DNA of 60,012 bases, counting the filler, from Dirinaria sp. TL-2023a (taxonomy: Eukaryota): the NCBI GenBank assembly GCA_051941275.1. It is 4 parts of 4 records of this genome, joined end to end, with 100 filler letters (N's around TTAATTAATTAA, not from the genome) between each part and the next. Parts side by side here need not be neighbours in the genome. Positions count along the whole stretch, not along the records: positions 15,066 to 30,026 come from JAVEBF010000571.1; positions 30,127 to 45,032 come from JAVEBF010000572.1; 2 more parts are not named here. One strand, given 5' to 3'. This document shows positions 25,489 through 37,445 of this stretch, one piece after another. Position numbers and translations under genes: made by a program. The notes under the pieces were generated by a model, which had not been told where the DNA came from, did no database searches, and saw only the letters and a program-made list of their open reading frames with translations. Positions within the stretch are counted from its first letter, which is position 1. Each line of letters starts with the position of its first letter.

Positions 25489-27380
25489 ATGCCTTGCTTC
25501 AAAGGTCTTGCTGTCAGTATACACACGCCTGAGGGCCCCTTGCCGGAATACTCGATACAAAAGCAGTCCAGGTTCTCTCGGATCAGTTCCTATATTCCAG
25601 TCCCCCCAGCCAAGGTGCCTCAAGACTCGCAAAACAACAAGCCTGAACAATCCACCTTCGCTATATCGATTACATTATTAACGCCTGGTCTCAACGTTCC
25701 GTACTCAGCCCCGAAAGCTACATCCCAGGATCCTTACCCGAGACCACGAGTCGTCAGCGGACTACCAAATATTACAAGTGAGAGAGGCCGATATTTCAGT
25801 GCCATTGGTCCATATATGCCCTTGACAACGTCTCCCAATGAGACTCTAGCGGCGTATATATATTTCGATGGTCGTGCAAAGGAGGAAGTGGCAACACTTT
25901 TAAGACGCGGAGAAGAGACATGGGTTAATTCTCGATGGGTTAGCGTTCCTGACTCAGAGGGCGGAGGGCTGGCTGAACGAGAATTCCTCTTCCGAGAAGT
26001 GGGTCTGGAACGCTGGCTTAATGGATTAGACCTGGAAGGCAAAAATGCGGCCGCGATCATTGAGCGGAGGAGGCAGAGAATGGAGAAGAGGAGGCGAAGG
26101 CGGAAGGTTAAAGAAGAGAGCGACGAAGAGACACCTGCGATGTGGGGCCGCACGGATCGAAACAGCAAGAATGTCTTGCGCTACGGTGTTGACGAGCGGT
26201 CTCCCCTTGAGCAGATGTCCGATGAAGACGTTGAATCTTCATCTGGTTCAGATGAAGATGATGATCCAGTGCCGGAGGCTACTGGCCAGATAAAGGTCGC
26301 ACTTTTCCGGGTCCTTGCATCCGGAGAAATCAAGAAAGGGGAATATTCGCCACAGTTTGATGCACACGATGATGACGAGGATACGGGAAGAGCCAACGCC
26401 GGCGCTGAGAACGGGAACGGAGAGAGTACCGAGGAAGTTGACCATACTACAAGCTTCGCCCAGCCAAAAACGCTAGACCCCAAATCTATCAGTACGCAAA
26501 CAGTGACTGGTATAGACCCGCCCGATAAACCATTTGCTGTTTTCACATTTCTCTACCGAGGTCAAAGTATGTTGTGCCCCTCAAGGGAGATCAAATGGTC
26601 ATGCTAAGTACCAATTACAGAACAATTGCAGAAATTGGGGATTCTACCGTCGTCGAAAGTAATTGAGAAGCCTGCTGCAAGTGCCAAACGGAAGTCCATA
26701 CCCATGGATTTCTCGGGCCTCAAGCCTTTGACCTCGGGCGGTACGCTAGGATTCTCCAGTCTTCGGAACAGTCAGCTTCGAGACAGCAGCAAAAACGGGG
26801 CTATCAAAAAAGAACTCGATGACATGGACAGTGAAGAAGACGAAGAATTCAATGACAGCAAAGCTGTAAAAGAAGAGGATCTTGATCCCCAGGACTCCTC
26901 AAAGTCCAAGCTCTCCCCTGATGATCTGAAGCGGCAAGGTGAGATCTCGGAGGGTGTTCGGAAGATCAAGGTGCGTAGAATCACCCATAGCTTGCCCCAT
27001 GTCATGTTCACACTGACTCGCCGTAACAGCTGAAACGGCAGCACTCGGCCGAAGCGCCAGAGTCCGGGTCAGCAGCCACTCGTGATTCGCCGGCGTCGAG
27101 GACGCCTACAGCCGGCTCTACACCACCGGCCGCATCTAGCCTGGATGCGGCGCCTCCATCACTCCTCCCAAGCTCATCGTACATGCCTCAGCTCGGTGAT
27201 GAGGCCGTCGTGGGCAGCCCGTTGAAGAGAGCACGAGCGAGTGTCTCTGGGATCGACGACGATACTTTGAGGCAGAAGATAGGTCTGGGTGAGTCGGGGC
27301 TCTCGGCAGATATTATGGGACGTATAGAACAGGACAGAGCGGTCAAGAAAGAGAAGGACGACGAGGACGAGGAGCTATGA
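25489..27380 (+). CDS. Conserved fungal hypothetical protein, probably nuclear
   Basis: Exons 25489-26566, 26621-26970, 27030-27380, all in frame. Basic NLS-like tract RRRQRMEKRRRRRK, acidic tracts, FAVFTFLYR motif. Confidence 0.82.
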
Positions 27381-28226
27381 TTTTCAGTGTCACATCCATG
27401 ACTTGATCTCGCGAAACTACAGTGGGAGATTTACGGCGCGCACAAAAAAAAGGTCACAAGATGGAGGCGGACGCTTCGTCCATGTTGTCATTTTCAATAA
27501 ATCACAGCGTGTTAATAACAGGGCGATAAGAGGTACACAGTCCGCTTACCCTACGCTCGGAGGGGGCTTTGTAGCATTTTCTGTTGTGGGAGGTATCAGT
27601 TGGGCAGAGTAGGCCCAGATACGGCGTGTGTTCACTAGGTCGCACTGTTGCAGTTGGATGAGCGGTTGGTCAAAGGTGTCAAACGGGTAAATGGAAGCAA
27701 CCGCAGTTGTCTATGAAGGATCTAGTATGGGACACATGTACGAATACCTTGCATCCCGTGATGACCTGAACTGAGCCTGATCGGGCATGGAAAGCCGTTC
27801 CCAGTTTCCTTTTCTTTTCTCTGTGACGCGCACTGTTCCATTTCTTCCCTTGTTTAGCAAAGTACGTGAACTCGTACCTGCGTCACAGGTCGTCGTCCCT
27901 GGGTAAGGTAATCTTACCTTATCATTCATACCCTAGGTAAGCTAGCTCCTACCTTAGTTTCTCTGATAGGGACTCGGGTATCGGCTCCGTGGGCGCTTGG
28001 TTGCATTAATCTAATTGTGTACTGTATTATACGTAACGCATGCCAAGATATCTTCCCAGACCCGAATGTCAAACTCCCTTTTCCTCTTCAACCTCATAAC
28101 ATTTCTGTCGCTGCCCATAACTCTCGCGCATCCATCATCAAGCATTCCACTTCTCCACTACGCCCACACCCAAAACCCGTAGCTTCTCTTTCTTCCACAT
28201 CGAGCCATTCTAGGACGCGAGACACC

Positions 28227-28985
28227 ATGTTGGCCATCTCGCTGCTGTTTACCCTCCTCGTGGCTGGCTTTGCCGCCGCGCAAAACAACACCCTCAACCC
28301 GAGCCAAGTCGACCTGACCACCAAGAGTATGGACACCCTTGCTGCATTTGTCCCTTGAGAGCCTCGCTGACTCGCTGATTTCGATAGATCAATGGTGTGG
28401 CGCTCAGAAAGACTCCTGCCCCATGCTCTGTGGCGGCAAGCAATATACCTTGACGAACAATTGCGATGGTGTAAGTCTTCTCCTCTCCCATTCCTCGACT
28501 GAATTCCAAGCCCCGGTCTCGAAACTGCACACAAATAGCACATCTCCCTTCTCTCCCCTCTGCCCCATCCAAACAATGTGATTGCAATTCGGAAAAACTA
28601 AAAAGCCATCCCCTTCGAAAATGAACAGATGACATTGAACTACACCTGCACCTGCGCAAACGGCACCGGCCCGCTCGGCATCGCGCAATACTCCCAGACT
28701 CTGCCCTCGCTCGAGTGCGAGCGCGCTTTCCAGCAATGCAACACCGCCAACCCGGGCGCCGATTTCTGCAACTCCAACTGCGGCAAGCTGAACCCGAGCG
28801 ATGTCAAAGCCGCCGCTGGCGCCAGCTCCACTAGTAGTGCCCCTGCTTCCTCCACCTCCGGCCCTGCAGCGACAGGTACTGCTGCGGCACCAGCGACGAC
28901 ACCGACGAAGGGTGCCGCCATCAAGTTCGCGCCCGAAATGGGTCTCGCGGCTGCTGTGGCCGGGGCTATGGGCGTCCTTCTGTAG
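28227..28985 (+). CDS. Small secreted Cys-rich GPI-anchored protein
   Basis: Exons approx. 28227-28326, 28389-28469, 28629-28985. Signal peptide MLAISLLFTLLVAGFAAA, Cys domain (WCGAQKDSCPMLC, YTCTC, CERAFQQC, CNSNCG), Ser/Thr/Ala stalk, hydrophobic C-terminus. Confidence 0.85.
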
Positions 28986-29349
28986 GGAGGATGTTTAGGA
29001 AGCTTTAGCTCCAAGACAAGGAGGACTAGGTCCTTTCTCATTCACTGTACTATGTTATAGCACGGCGTGGGTTTTGCTGGCTCTTGTTCCGTGTGTTTTT
29101 CTAATCTTCCATGGCGTGTTGCGTTGGCGGTGTTTTCTTCTTTGAAGCAGTTTCATTGTACTTTCCTCCTGGTTCACGAACGATTCCGGTGCACATCAAA
29201 TTAAGGGTGATGGAGACGTGCCTATGTCGGGTGTTTCCTCAGTCGACTGGCCCGTTTATCCATCCATTCTTCTTAGCTCCTCCCAAAAATTCGCATTCGC
29301 ACTAGCATAAGCAAAAGCTCGCAGTCTTATTCGCTGCCCTTTCGCTGGC

Positions 29350-30026
29350 GCTCATTAATAATAATAATAATCATCATCACAACTCCAACACTTCGGGGTA
29401 GCATAGCATAGCATAGCAAAGAAGCACAGCCTAGAATAGCACGGCCCAGCATAATACATTATCATTCGTATCAACTCCATTTATTCATTGATTTGATCAA
29501 ACTAGCTCACTCGAGTCGATATTTATTGTAGGGCTAGTACTTGAATGGTTCCCCCGCTCTCTTTCTCTCTCTTTTCTCACCCAGAACCAAGAGGAAGAAG
29601 AAAAAAAAAAACAAAAAGGAACATGCTACTCGGACACAACTCAGAGTAGGGGAATGATTTCCCCGGAACGAAAACAGAATAAGAAGAATGAAAGAAAGAA
29701 AGAAAGTAAAAATGAATGCATATCAAATGCTATTTAAATGTAAGTGCCTGGCCTACGAAAGACCTAATTCGTCCTTCCTTCCTCTCCTCTCCTCCTCACC
29801 GGTTAAGAGTAAATTCAAGCCCCCCGAGCCCCCCTACCTCTCAAATGATTATTTTTTCTAAAGGACGAACCGGATTTACTTACGTCTTACATTCTCCTAA
29901 ATGAAAGGAAAGTAAAGTAAGGGGATAGGGAAATCAATTTCATCAAAAAAGTTTTCCTCAATTCAATTCAACCCCCTCCAAACTCCAAACTCATCATACC
30001 AATAGAAAAAAAGGGTAGCGAAGATA
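29350..30026. repeat. AT-rich low-complexity contig end with simple repeats
   Basis: (ATA)n near 29358, (TAGCA)4 near 29399-29418, A-runs and (GAAA)n near 29690-29705. Confidence 0.6.
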
Positions 30027-30126
30027 NNNNNNNNNNNNNNNNNNNNNNNNNNNNNNNNNNNNNNNNNNNNTTAATTAATTAANNNNNNNNNNNNNNNNNN
30101 NNNNNNNNNNNNNNNNNNNNNNNNNN
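30027..30126. other. Artificial contig spacer
   Basis: N44-TTAATTAATTAA-N44. Confidence 0.98.
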
Positions 30127-30163
30127 CTGAGATCCATGCACGTCAAGAGCTAGCAGCGGCTTC

Positions 30164-30272
30164 GGGTCACCCCTTATAGATCGTAGTCATGTAAAGCACG
30201 CCGACGAAAGCTTCAAATGACCTCGTGTCTCATCACGCGAGGTCATCTTTTGTAGACCGTAGTCATGCGAAG
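30164..30272. repeat. Degenerate 33-bp direct repeat pair (30164-30196 and 30240-30272)
   Basis: GGGTCACCCCTTATAGATCGTAGTCATGTAAAG vs AGGTCATCTTTTGTAGACCGTAGTCATGCGAAG: 8 mismatches, all transitions. Confidence 0.75.
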
Positions 30273-31956
30273 ATCGTCTCTTAACGCGTAATAATCGAGT
30301 GTATGTCTCTATGTTTCAATGCTCAAACTCAATCTCAACTCTTATTCGTACATTCACGCACACAGCGTTTTTCATTCGAGGCATAACGAAGTCACTGCTT
30401 TCGACAGAATCAGAAATCGCCGCTGTCGTCTCTTGAGATGAACGAGGCCTCTCATCGTTTAGCTATTTCGAATGCGCAGTCAGAGCCGAAGAGTGACAAG
30501 TTCTCTCAGTCATCTCGCTGCGACTGATTCATGTATGACAGGAACTTTCAGTCTTCCGTGTGCGATGTACGCGTGTATAACTCATTCCCAGCGCTCCTAA
30601 ATCCACGCACAGCACTTCGCGATTAGTACGCGGTATCTCAAAACGTGTTTCTTGCGACCGTGACAGAGAGACGACTGCGACGACAGCAACGAACGCGTAC
30701 CAAGGGGGAGAAGGAGGTAGTTATAATGTTGAAATTGCGTGCTCTCTCTCCGAAGAATACAGGTGGATTGATGATGCGTGTTGTTTTGTATTATCGTTGT
30801 CGATCGGGAGAAAGACTGAATTGCTGCGACGATCGCATCGTGACGACGACGATGCTAGGACATTTGGCTCTGTTGAGTATTGCAAGCAATACCAGCAGGT
30901 TCGTAGCCAGCACCACGTACAGGTAGTCCTTGTCGCTGGCCTTACCCTGGACTATTACTTAATAAAAAGTCTCATAAAATGATATGCAGGTATGTGAACT
31001 CATATTTCTCTTTCTACGTGGAATCGATCGTCATATGCGCATAAAATCTCATGTTTTCTTCAACCATTCTCAGCTCTCTGATCATCTAAAGCTTTCTACG
31101 TTTGATCTTCTGCTCTCTGTTTTTGTTCATAAGTCGATTGCATTATTATGATTTCATGTGATCTCTTTCAAACCTCGATTATGATAGCAAAAACTTCTCA
31201 AATGGGTCATGAACAGATAATTATTTGTTGAAGTGTTTGTAGCGAACGAAAGACAGCTTATTGATTGCCGGTTCAAGAAAGCAAGCTCTTTCCATAAAGT
31301 AAGCGGTATGATAATACTGCTGGAGTAATTGAAACTCTTAAAACCTACATGAATCTTGCAAAATCCTCACAGATCATTTTTGTTGTAGCATATTTTTATT
31401 TTTAAGAAATGAGACTGTTCACAAAATATGAAAGGAAAGACAAAGATAGAATACCTCTTTCCCTATTCTTTTTATCTGCTCATGAAAAGACTCGATAATT
31501 TCGAAGAGCAGTGTCGTGGATTGATAAATTAAAAACCACACTGCGTCCGGAAACGCCTCCAGAGACACTGGCGCCAGTATCTTATCTGCTCACTAACGAA
31601 CTCAAATTTGATGATGGGATCCATCTAGACATCTTAAGCAGCAAAGTCAGAGATATGATCGCAAAGATCTAATTGCTATGGCAGAGTGGAGCCGCGTCGA
31701 CTCTATCTGTCTTGAGAGATCAACGATGGGGTCGAATATCTGAAGATTTCAGGTGTATTGCCGTCTCTGTCTGCAAAGTTAATGCGCGACCGAGGGACGT
31801 GTTCGTCGAGTTGATGCTTGAAGAGTATAGAATAATATGTCTACTGAATCGATTCCAGCGAAGTGATCAGCGTACGGACGGTCGTAGTGACCGCCGTAGT
31901 ATCTCATTTTCATTCGTCTTTTAGCTTATTTAGCAAACTATCCGGCATAGAAGAAC

Positions 31957-32971
31957 TTGATCAATCAAATCAATGATGATCGTCGCGACTTCTGCAACTT
32001 CGTATGCTATATCATCGACGAATATCAAGTAGAAACAGCTTTATTCGTCATTCTGAACGTCGTTAAGACTAGCGTCGATTATTTCGAAAATATCAAGCGT
32101 CTTCTTGACGCTATTGATCGAGCAGAAGGTGTTCTAATCATGCTACGCAGTCGAGATAATCTCTTTATAATTCGTTGTAATCAACGCACACTTCAAATGT
32201 TGAAGAAGCTACAAACATTACCCATCACGGAAATGACTTTCAAAATGGCTGAGTACGTGGAATTCTTCAGTGATTCGTTTACTCATACGCACAAAGTACT
32301 ATAGCGATAAAAAGACCAGGACCTTGGATTTAATGACGAATCTTTTCTCTCACAGAACTTCATGGGTGAAGAAGCGATGACAATAACAAGATTAAATAAA
32401 TCTGAGAGATATTCTTACAAGATTGTTTCGCAAAAGTAAGCTCAGCTATCGGATAATTTTGCAGTCGATAGCTTGTCTCTTGGACGCCAGAGGTGCTTTT
32501 ACTGTTGCTATCGGTCCTCTGGACCACACGATCATCTCTGTGTGATCAATCGTTCGAACGCTTCCCGCGGGTGAGGCTTATCGTCGCCTCGGTAATATGA
32601 TGGGAGACCCACATGACAAGATCGAAGAGATCAATGCCCGGTTTTCGGCAATGGGCCAGGACGCGAAGGTGGCTCAAGGTGTGTCAGACGTCGACATCAA
32701 TGATAAGGTGTTGTCGGCCATAGCGAATTTCTCCAGCGAATCGATCGGTCAATTCAAACAGGCCCGGAAGAAATCAATTAAGGTAAAGGAGGCTATCGGG
32801 TCCGTATCCGAGTCTATGATCTTTCAATATCGCGACGAGGTTAACAAGGTTCACAAAGGTCGCCCTGCGGAGTTCTACAACAAGTTGACCATACAGGACA
32901 ACTGGAAGGCGCGCATGGAGGTCTACGATAAGGCACAAGTTACCTTCGATGTTTCTAGCGACGAGGAGTAG
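31957..32971 (+). pseudogene. Probable decayed gene or relic ORF fragments of unknown family
   Basis: Two same-strand protein-like fragments (31957-32304, 32597-32971) inside an AT-shifted, mutation-biased region. No family recognised. Confidence 0.4.
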
Positions 32972-33621
32972 ATAGCTAGACGAAGATGCTTTAGTCAGGC
33001 TCAATCACACTATGAACTCAGTGTAAATGCATTGGTTCACCCTTTTCTTTGACTACATCAGCTTTCTTCTCTTTCGCTGGTCGATGCATTGACCCACTAT
33101 TTTCTTTGCCAACATCTTCCTTCCGTCGGTCAACTCGCTATTAATGCATTGGTCCCTCTTTACTTTGCAGACTAAAGGTCATCTAAGGCTAATAATCAGG
33201 CCAGCTGAATCTTCGCCTAGTTTTTGTATCGGACTTCATTTTTGATCTAATTCTGTTGATTCTTTCAAGACTCACCTCTTGTGGCCTCTTCTCTCAAATC
33301 ATCAACAGCACATCGACAGGATTAATAAACATTTCATCTGCAAGCAAATTATTGCTAATGACCTAATGAGTGTATTTGAATACTTCGATGATTAATTACT
33401 AGCGACACTATGAGTTACAAGCGATACGCGGCTTTGAGAAACGATGCAAGGAGCGGCATTCACTTCAGCAGCAGATAAATGATTGCGCTCGGTAATGGTA
33501 TCAATATGATCTCTTATATCAAATAATAAATTCAAAGTGCCTTGACACTTTCTGATTCTGAAGTTTGGACTTCGCGGTTCATTCGGTTGCTGATGCATTG
33601 GCATTTCCTGTTCAAAATGCA

Positions 33622-34880
33622 GGTCAGCTGAGGTTGATAACTAGTAGGCGAGCTGACCCTTCGCTTATCTTTAGTGTCGCTTTTCGATTTTGAGCAAAAT
33701 CCGCTGACCAGTTAAGCAGATCAAGTAGGCAAGTCAAAAAGCGTGTCCCAGTTGTCAAGACAGACGAAGTCGCTTAGCGTCGGAAAAATAAGTAAATTGA
33801 AAATTTTGGTTAATCAATTCAATGATTGTGGCACCATTACAATATCCATCCATGTGACAGTTTTTGCGGTAGTCCTTCGGAAGTTGGATTATAGTGTACG
33901 GGTCACTGCTTCAGCGAATGCAGCCATTGAAGAGGCCATGGACAAAATCAACAACTTTGCACCCGAATTGAAGCCCTCTCGAATCCATTCCTCAATGTCG
34001 AGACCAGGTTGCTCAAATTCACGCTCTCAGAGTCCAGCGATCCCGAGATTCAAAGGACTGTACCTCTTTAAAACCCCTGAAAGGAACTCAAATGGCTGCT
34101 GCTCAGCATGACATTAATCTAGAAGAGCTAAATGAGCGCACAGCCGACGCAGTAAGCAGTTCGAACACCCTTTTAGCTTTTATCTACCTGTCTCCGTATC
34201 TCACGTTCAATTCCAACTAGGACTCAATTTCCTAGTCCAAGAACGAGAGGAAGAGGACTGGCTTCGATAAAGATCTTTTCAACGCTAACGCAGAGAGCCA
34301 TGAAGCCATGGAATGGCTTCACGAGTCAGTTAGCTAGTTTCAACTTGTTGCTCAATAGCCATATCAATTGGATGAATTTTCTGCATTGATCGATTTACCG
34401 TATGATGTATCTTTGATCCATTTCGCACAATGTCCATCCAATACATTGGCAATATATTATTTGGATTTCTCGAATCTGAACCTGCTCACATCGATAGAAT
34501 ATAGATCAGCTGAGGTATATCATTAGGCGAGCTGACTCTTCGCTTAACTCGAAAGCCGACTTTTGAGTTGCCTCCACTGACCTTTTCAGACTATTCACTT
34601 CTTACCTCGCGTCAGACTCCCGACAACAGCGAGCCGACGCAAGTACTAAACCAAGTAAGCCTTTGCTCATGGATTTTGTATCTTTGATTTTACCACTGAG
34701 TGTATCATTAAATTGGGCGCTGTATAACGATACAAGGTTTTGGCGGAGAGGGTATGAGAAGCGGCTTCCCATAGCGCGTAGTCCAGGTCAGCCGAGGCGG
34801 ATAATTAGGCGAGCTGACCATTCTATGGGTGACCAAGTCCCACATCCAACAACCATTCGCTTAGTTTGAGCGCGGATTCC
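33622..34880 (+). repeat. Three dispersed copies of a hairpin/intron-shaped repeat
   Basis: Identical core TAGGCGAGCTGAC at 33645, 34524 and 34806, each preceded by TCAGC(T/C)GAGG and followed by TTCGCTTA...TTTGAG. Confidence 0.8.
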
Positions 34881-35768
34881 AAATTTTTGATAACCTTTGC
34901 TGACTCATCTTGGATTTTTTGTCCCTCAGCGGCTCTGTCCGATAGCACTTGCAATTGTTGATGGGCTGAAGTAAGTAGGCTGTTGCAATTGTACCAGATT
35001 TGGATAATTTGGCAACTGGATTGGCATTGATGGAAGTGCTGAATTGTTTCAAAACCATACCAATCGTGAGATATCAAACTTTAAGAAGGCCAATTCAAAG
35101 TCATTCCAAAAACCTGAGTATGTACTGTACCTCGGTAAGTTCTAATTCCTAAGGCCTAGGATAGCCTGGCAGATCCTGATAGCTAAGTAAGCGATGAGCC
35201 AGCCTGAGGTTGGAAATTGACACTTTTGATGACACTGAGGATAGAATTGCCAGGAGGTTTTGGCTCCTTAAATACACATAAACATGCCAAGACGCTAGGA
35301 ATAAGCGAAATTCTGACACTTGAATTGGATTGAATTCTGGAGCTCCGACTGCCTTGTGTTAAGAAATTGGATCTCTGTGCACTTTACTGCTTTCAAGCAG
35401 TCAATGCTGTGCTTTCACCACACATGTGGATGGTTATGACGGCTCTGGGCTCTATGTAAGTACCTTAGGCCACCACAGAGCTCACTGCCGGCGTCTCGCT
35501 CGCTAAAAGCGGCAGCCTCGGGAGTGCTCTGGCTAACTTACAACCTACAACAAACTTCGTTCCATATGAGGAGACAAGTACCCAAGTACATTCGAATCAG
35601 ATGTATTAGAAAGCACTTAACGCAAAAGCATACGTTGCTGCTTCTTCAGTCCTTGTGATAATTGAAGGCTATCGTTCCAACGCTAGGTCGGTGTCGATTG
35701 TAGTTGTTTCCACCTGTTGCCTGTTACCTCTCAGCATCGTCCAGCTGCAAAGATCGAGAATATTCAAC

Positions 35769-37015
35769 ATGCTGTCTCTTATTCGAGCTACTCAATGTCT
35801 ATTCACGCTTCTGTTCCTAATCGGTTTTTATACAACTTGGTACCTTGCCTCGTACAATAGCACCTCTGAGCTAATGCAAGACATTCAAGTGCATAGTCCT
35901 CATATACTTCCCGGCACTCAAGCCCCACTTAAGCGTACATATACGAGTATAGGGGGATTCGATCATGGGCTCACTGTTCTCACTTTATTCTTTTGGGAGG
36001 TGGTAGATGGGTCTTTGCCTGATGCTTCTCTATTTTGCTTCGGCTTTGCTGGGCAAGCAGTAGCTGCCTGGACTATTTTCTACATTGAGGGTCGAAGAAT
36101 TGGGAATCGTTGGAGAATTATATCATTGTAGGTTCTAGACTGTTTGCTAGCTAGACCTACACATGCCATCCTAACGTAGTGTTTCCGTACAGTGTCACAT
36201 GCTGGGGCTTAGCGATACAGATGGCCACCTTTGCTGTTGTACTGCCTCTTTATTTGGTGATCCACCTCTCAACATCTCCCACAATACGCTCTTGCAAAGC
36301 AAAAGACCACCTCGTCGATATTCCGAATATTCTTCCTATTCCAGTATCACTACTCGTCGGCTTTGGAATACCCGCAGTCCTGCTCTCGCTCCCGGCGCCT
36401 TCTGTCCTGACCTTCGACCAAAAGCAGATCTTCGTAGCCATATGGCAGGCATTTCCACTATGGTTCGAACTATTCCAACAAGTTCTATCCTGGATATTGG
36501 CTCAGATGCCGGCTTATATGCATTGGATGTCGCCAAACCCATCCCGACAGACCATTGTCAAAACAAGGGGCGCCCTGCGATTGGTGTACGTATTCGCCAT
36601 CGTTGTTGCTGGGGTCACTCGCATATCAATGATTACACTATCCTTGACATCGATCATTTTTCCAGCACTTTTCGCGCCCGATTATCGCGGCATACTCCAC
36701 CCGTCGAATGTACTCATACCGCAGTCATTCTTGGCATCGACTAAAATGCCTTCTATTGGTGCCGGCGCTTTCCAGCTGCTCCAATATGATGAGATGGTTG
36801 GATCTACGGCGCTCGTGCTTTGGTCCGTCGCCCTCTACACAAATACATATAAACAGGCCGCAAACATCGATGGCAGCATGATATCGAAGATGCTCTTGGC
36901 TCTTGTAGCCTCATGGTCGCTGCTCGGTGGCTGTGGATGCGCTGTGTGTTTTACATGGGCTCGAGATGAAATCATCTTCGCAATGGATCAGCCAGACGAC
37001 AGAAAGTCGAAATGA
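35769..37015 (+). CDS. AtmA/PaxA/CtvD-like integral membrane protein (putative cyclase or epoxide hydrolase family)
   Basis: Exons 35769-36127 and 36193-37015. Multiple TM helices with motifs LKRTYTSIGGFDHGLTVLTLFFW, EGRRIGN, AIWQAFPLW, LLQYD, as recalled for this family. Confidence 0.65.
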
Positions 37016-37445
37016 TCCTACTTCAGAACTATGGCGCGGGAGATCATGGAAACCCGCAGCTTATACAATACAACCGGGTAAGCTCGATGTGGAAATTACG
37101 ATAACCAGTCAGTGACAGCTCATTTGGCATTCAAAGTCACTCCCGAGAAGTTCCTTACTTGAAATTCAGTTGGCCCTCTGCTCAAGGCATCAGGCTTCTA
37201 ACAGCTCTTGTGCTCAGAACCAATCACTCGGCAACTTGTCCTACCTTACTAGCCTGGCACTTTATTAGGAGAAGTCAGAGCCCCTCATCTGATGAGGAAG
37301 AATTGAAGCCCTTGAAAGGACAGACCTTGACTCGTCGGGAACGGTCAGGGTACAGTTCCAAGGGCTGTATATAGGCTCTACTCGTTGCTTCAAGACTCGT
37401 TGCCACCTGAGGCGATGCATATTTACATGATAATCAAGAGCTATT

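Noticed and set aside
33622..34880. CRISPR-like array interpretation of the three hairpin repeats
   Set aside because: Eukaryotic context, irregular spacing of hundreds of bp, degenerate copies and no cas genes.
19705..37015. Terpenoid cluster made of ERG13 plus the AtmA-like gene
   Set aside because: The two genes are on different contigs, and ERG13 sits among housekeeping genes.
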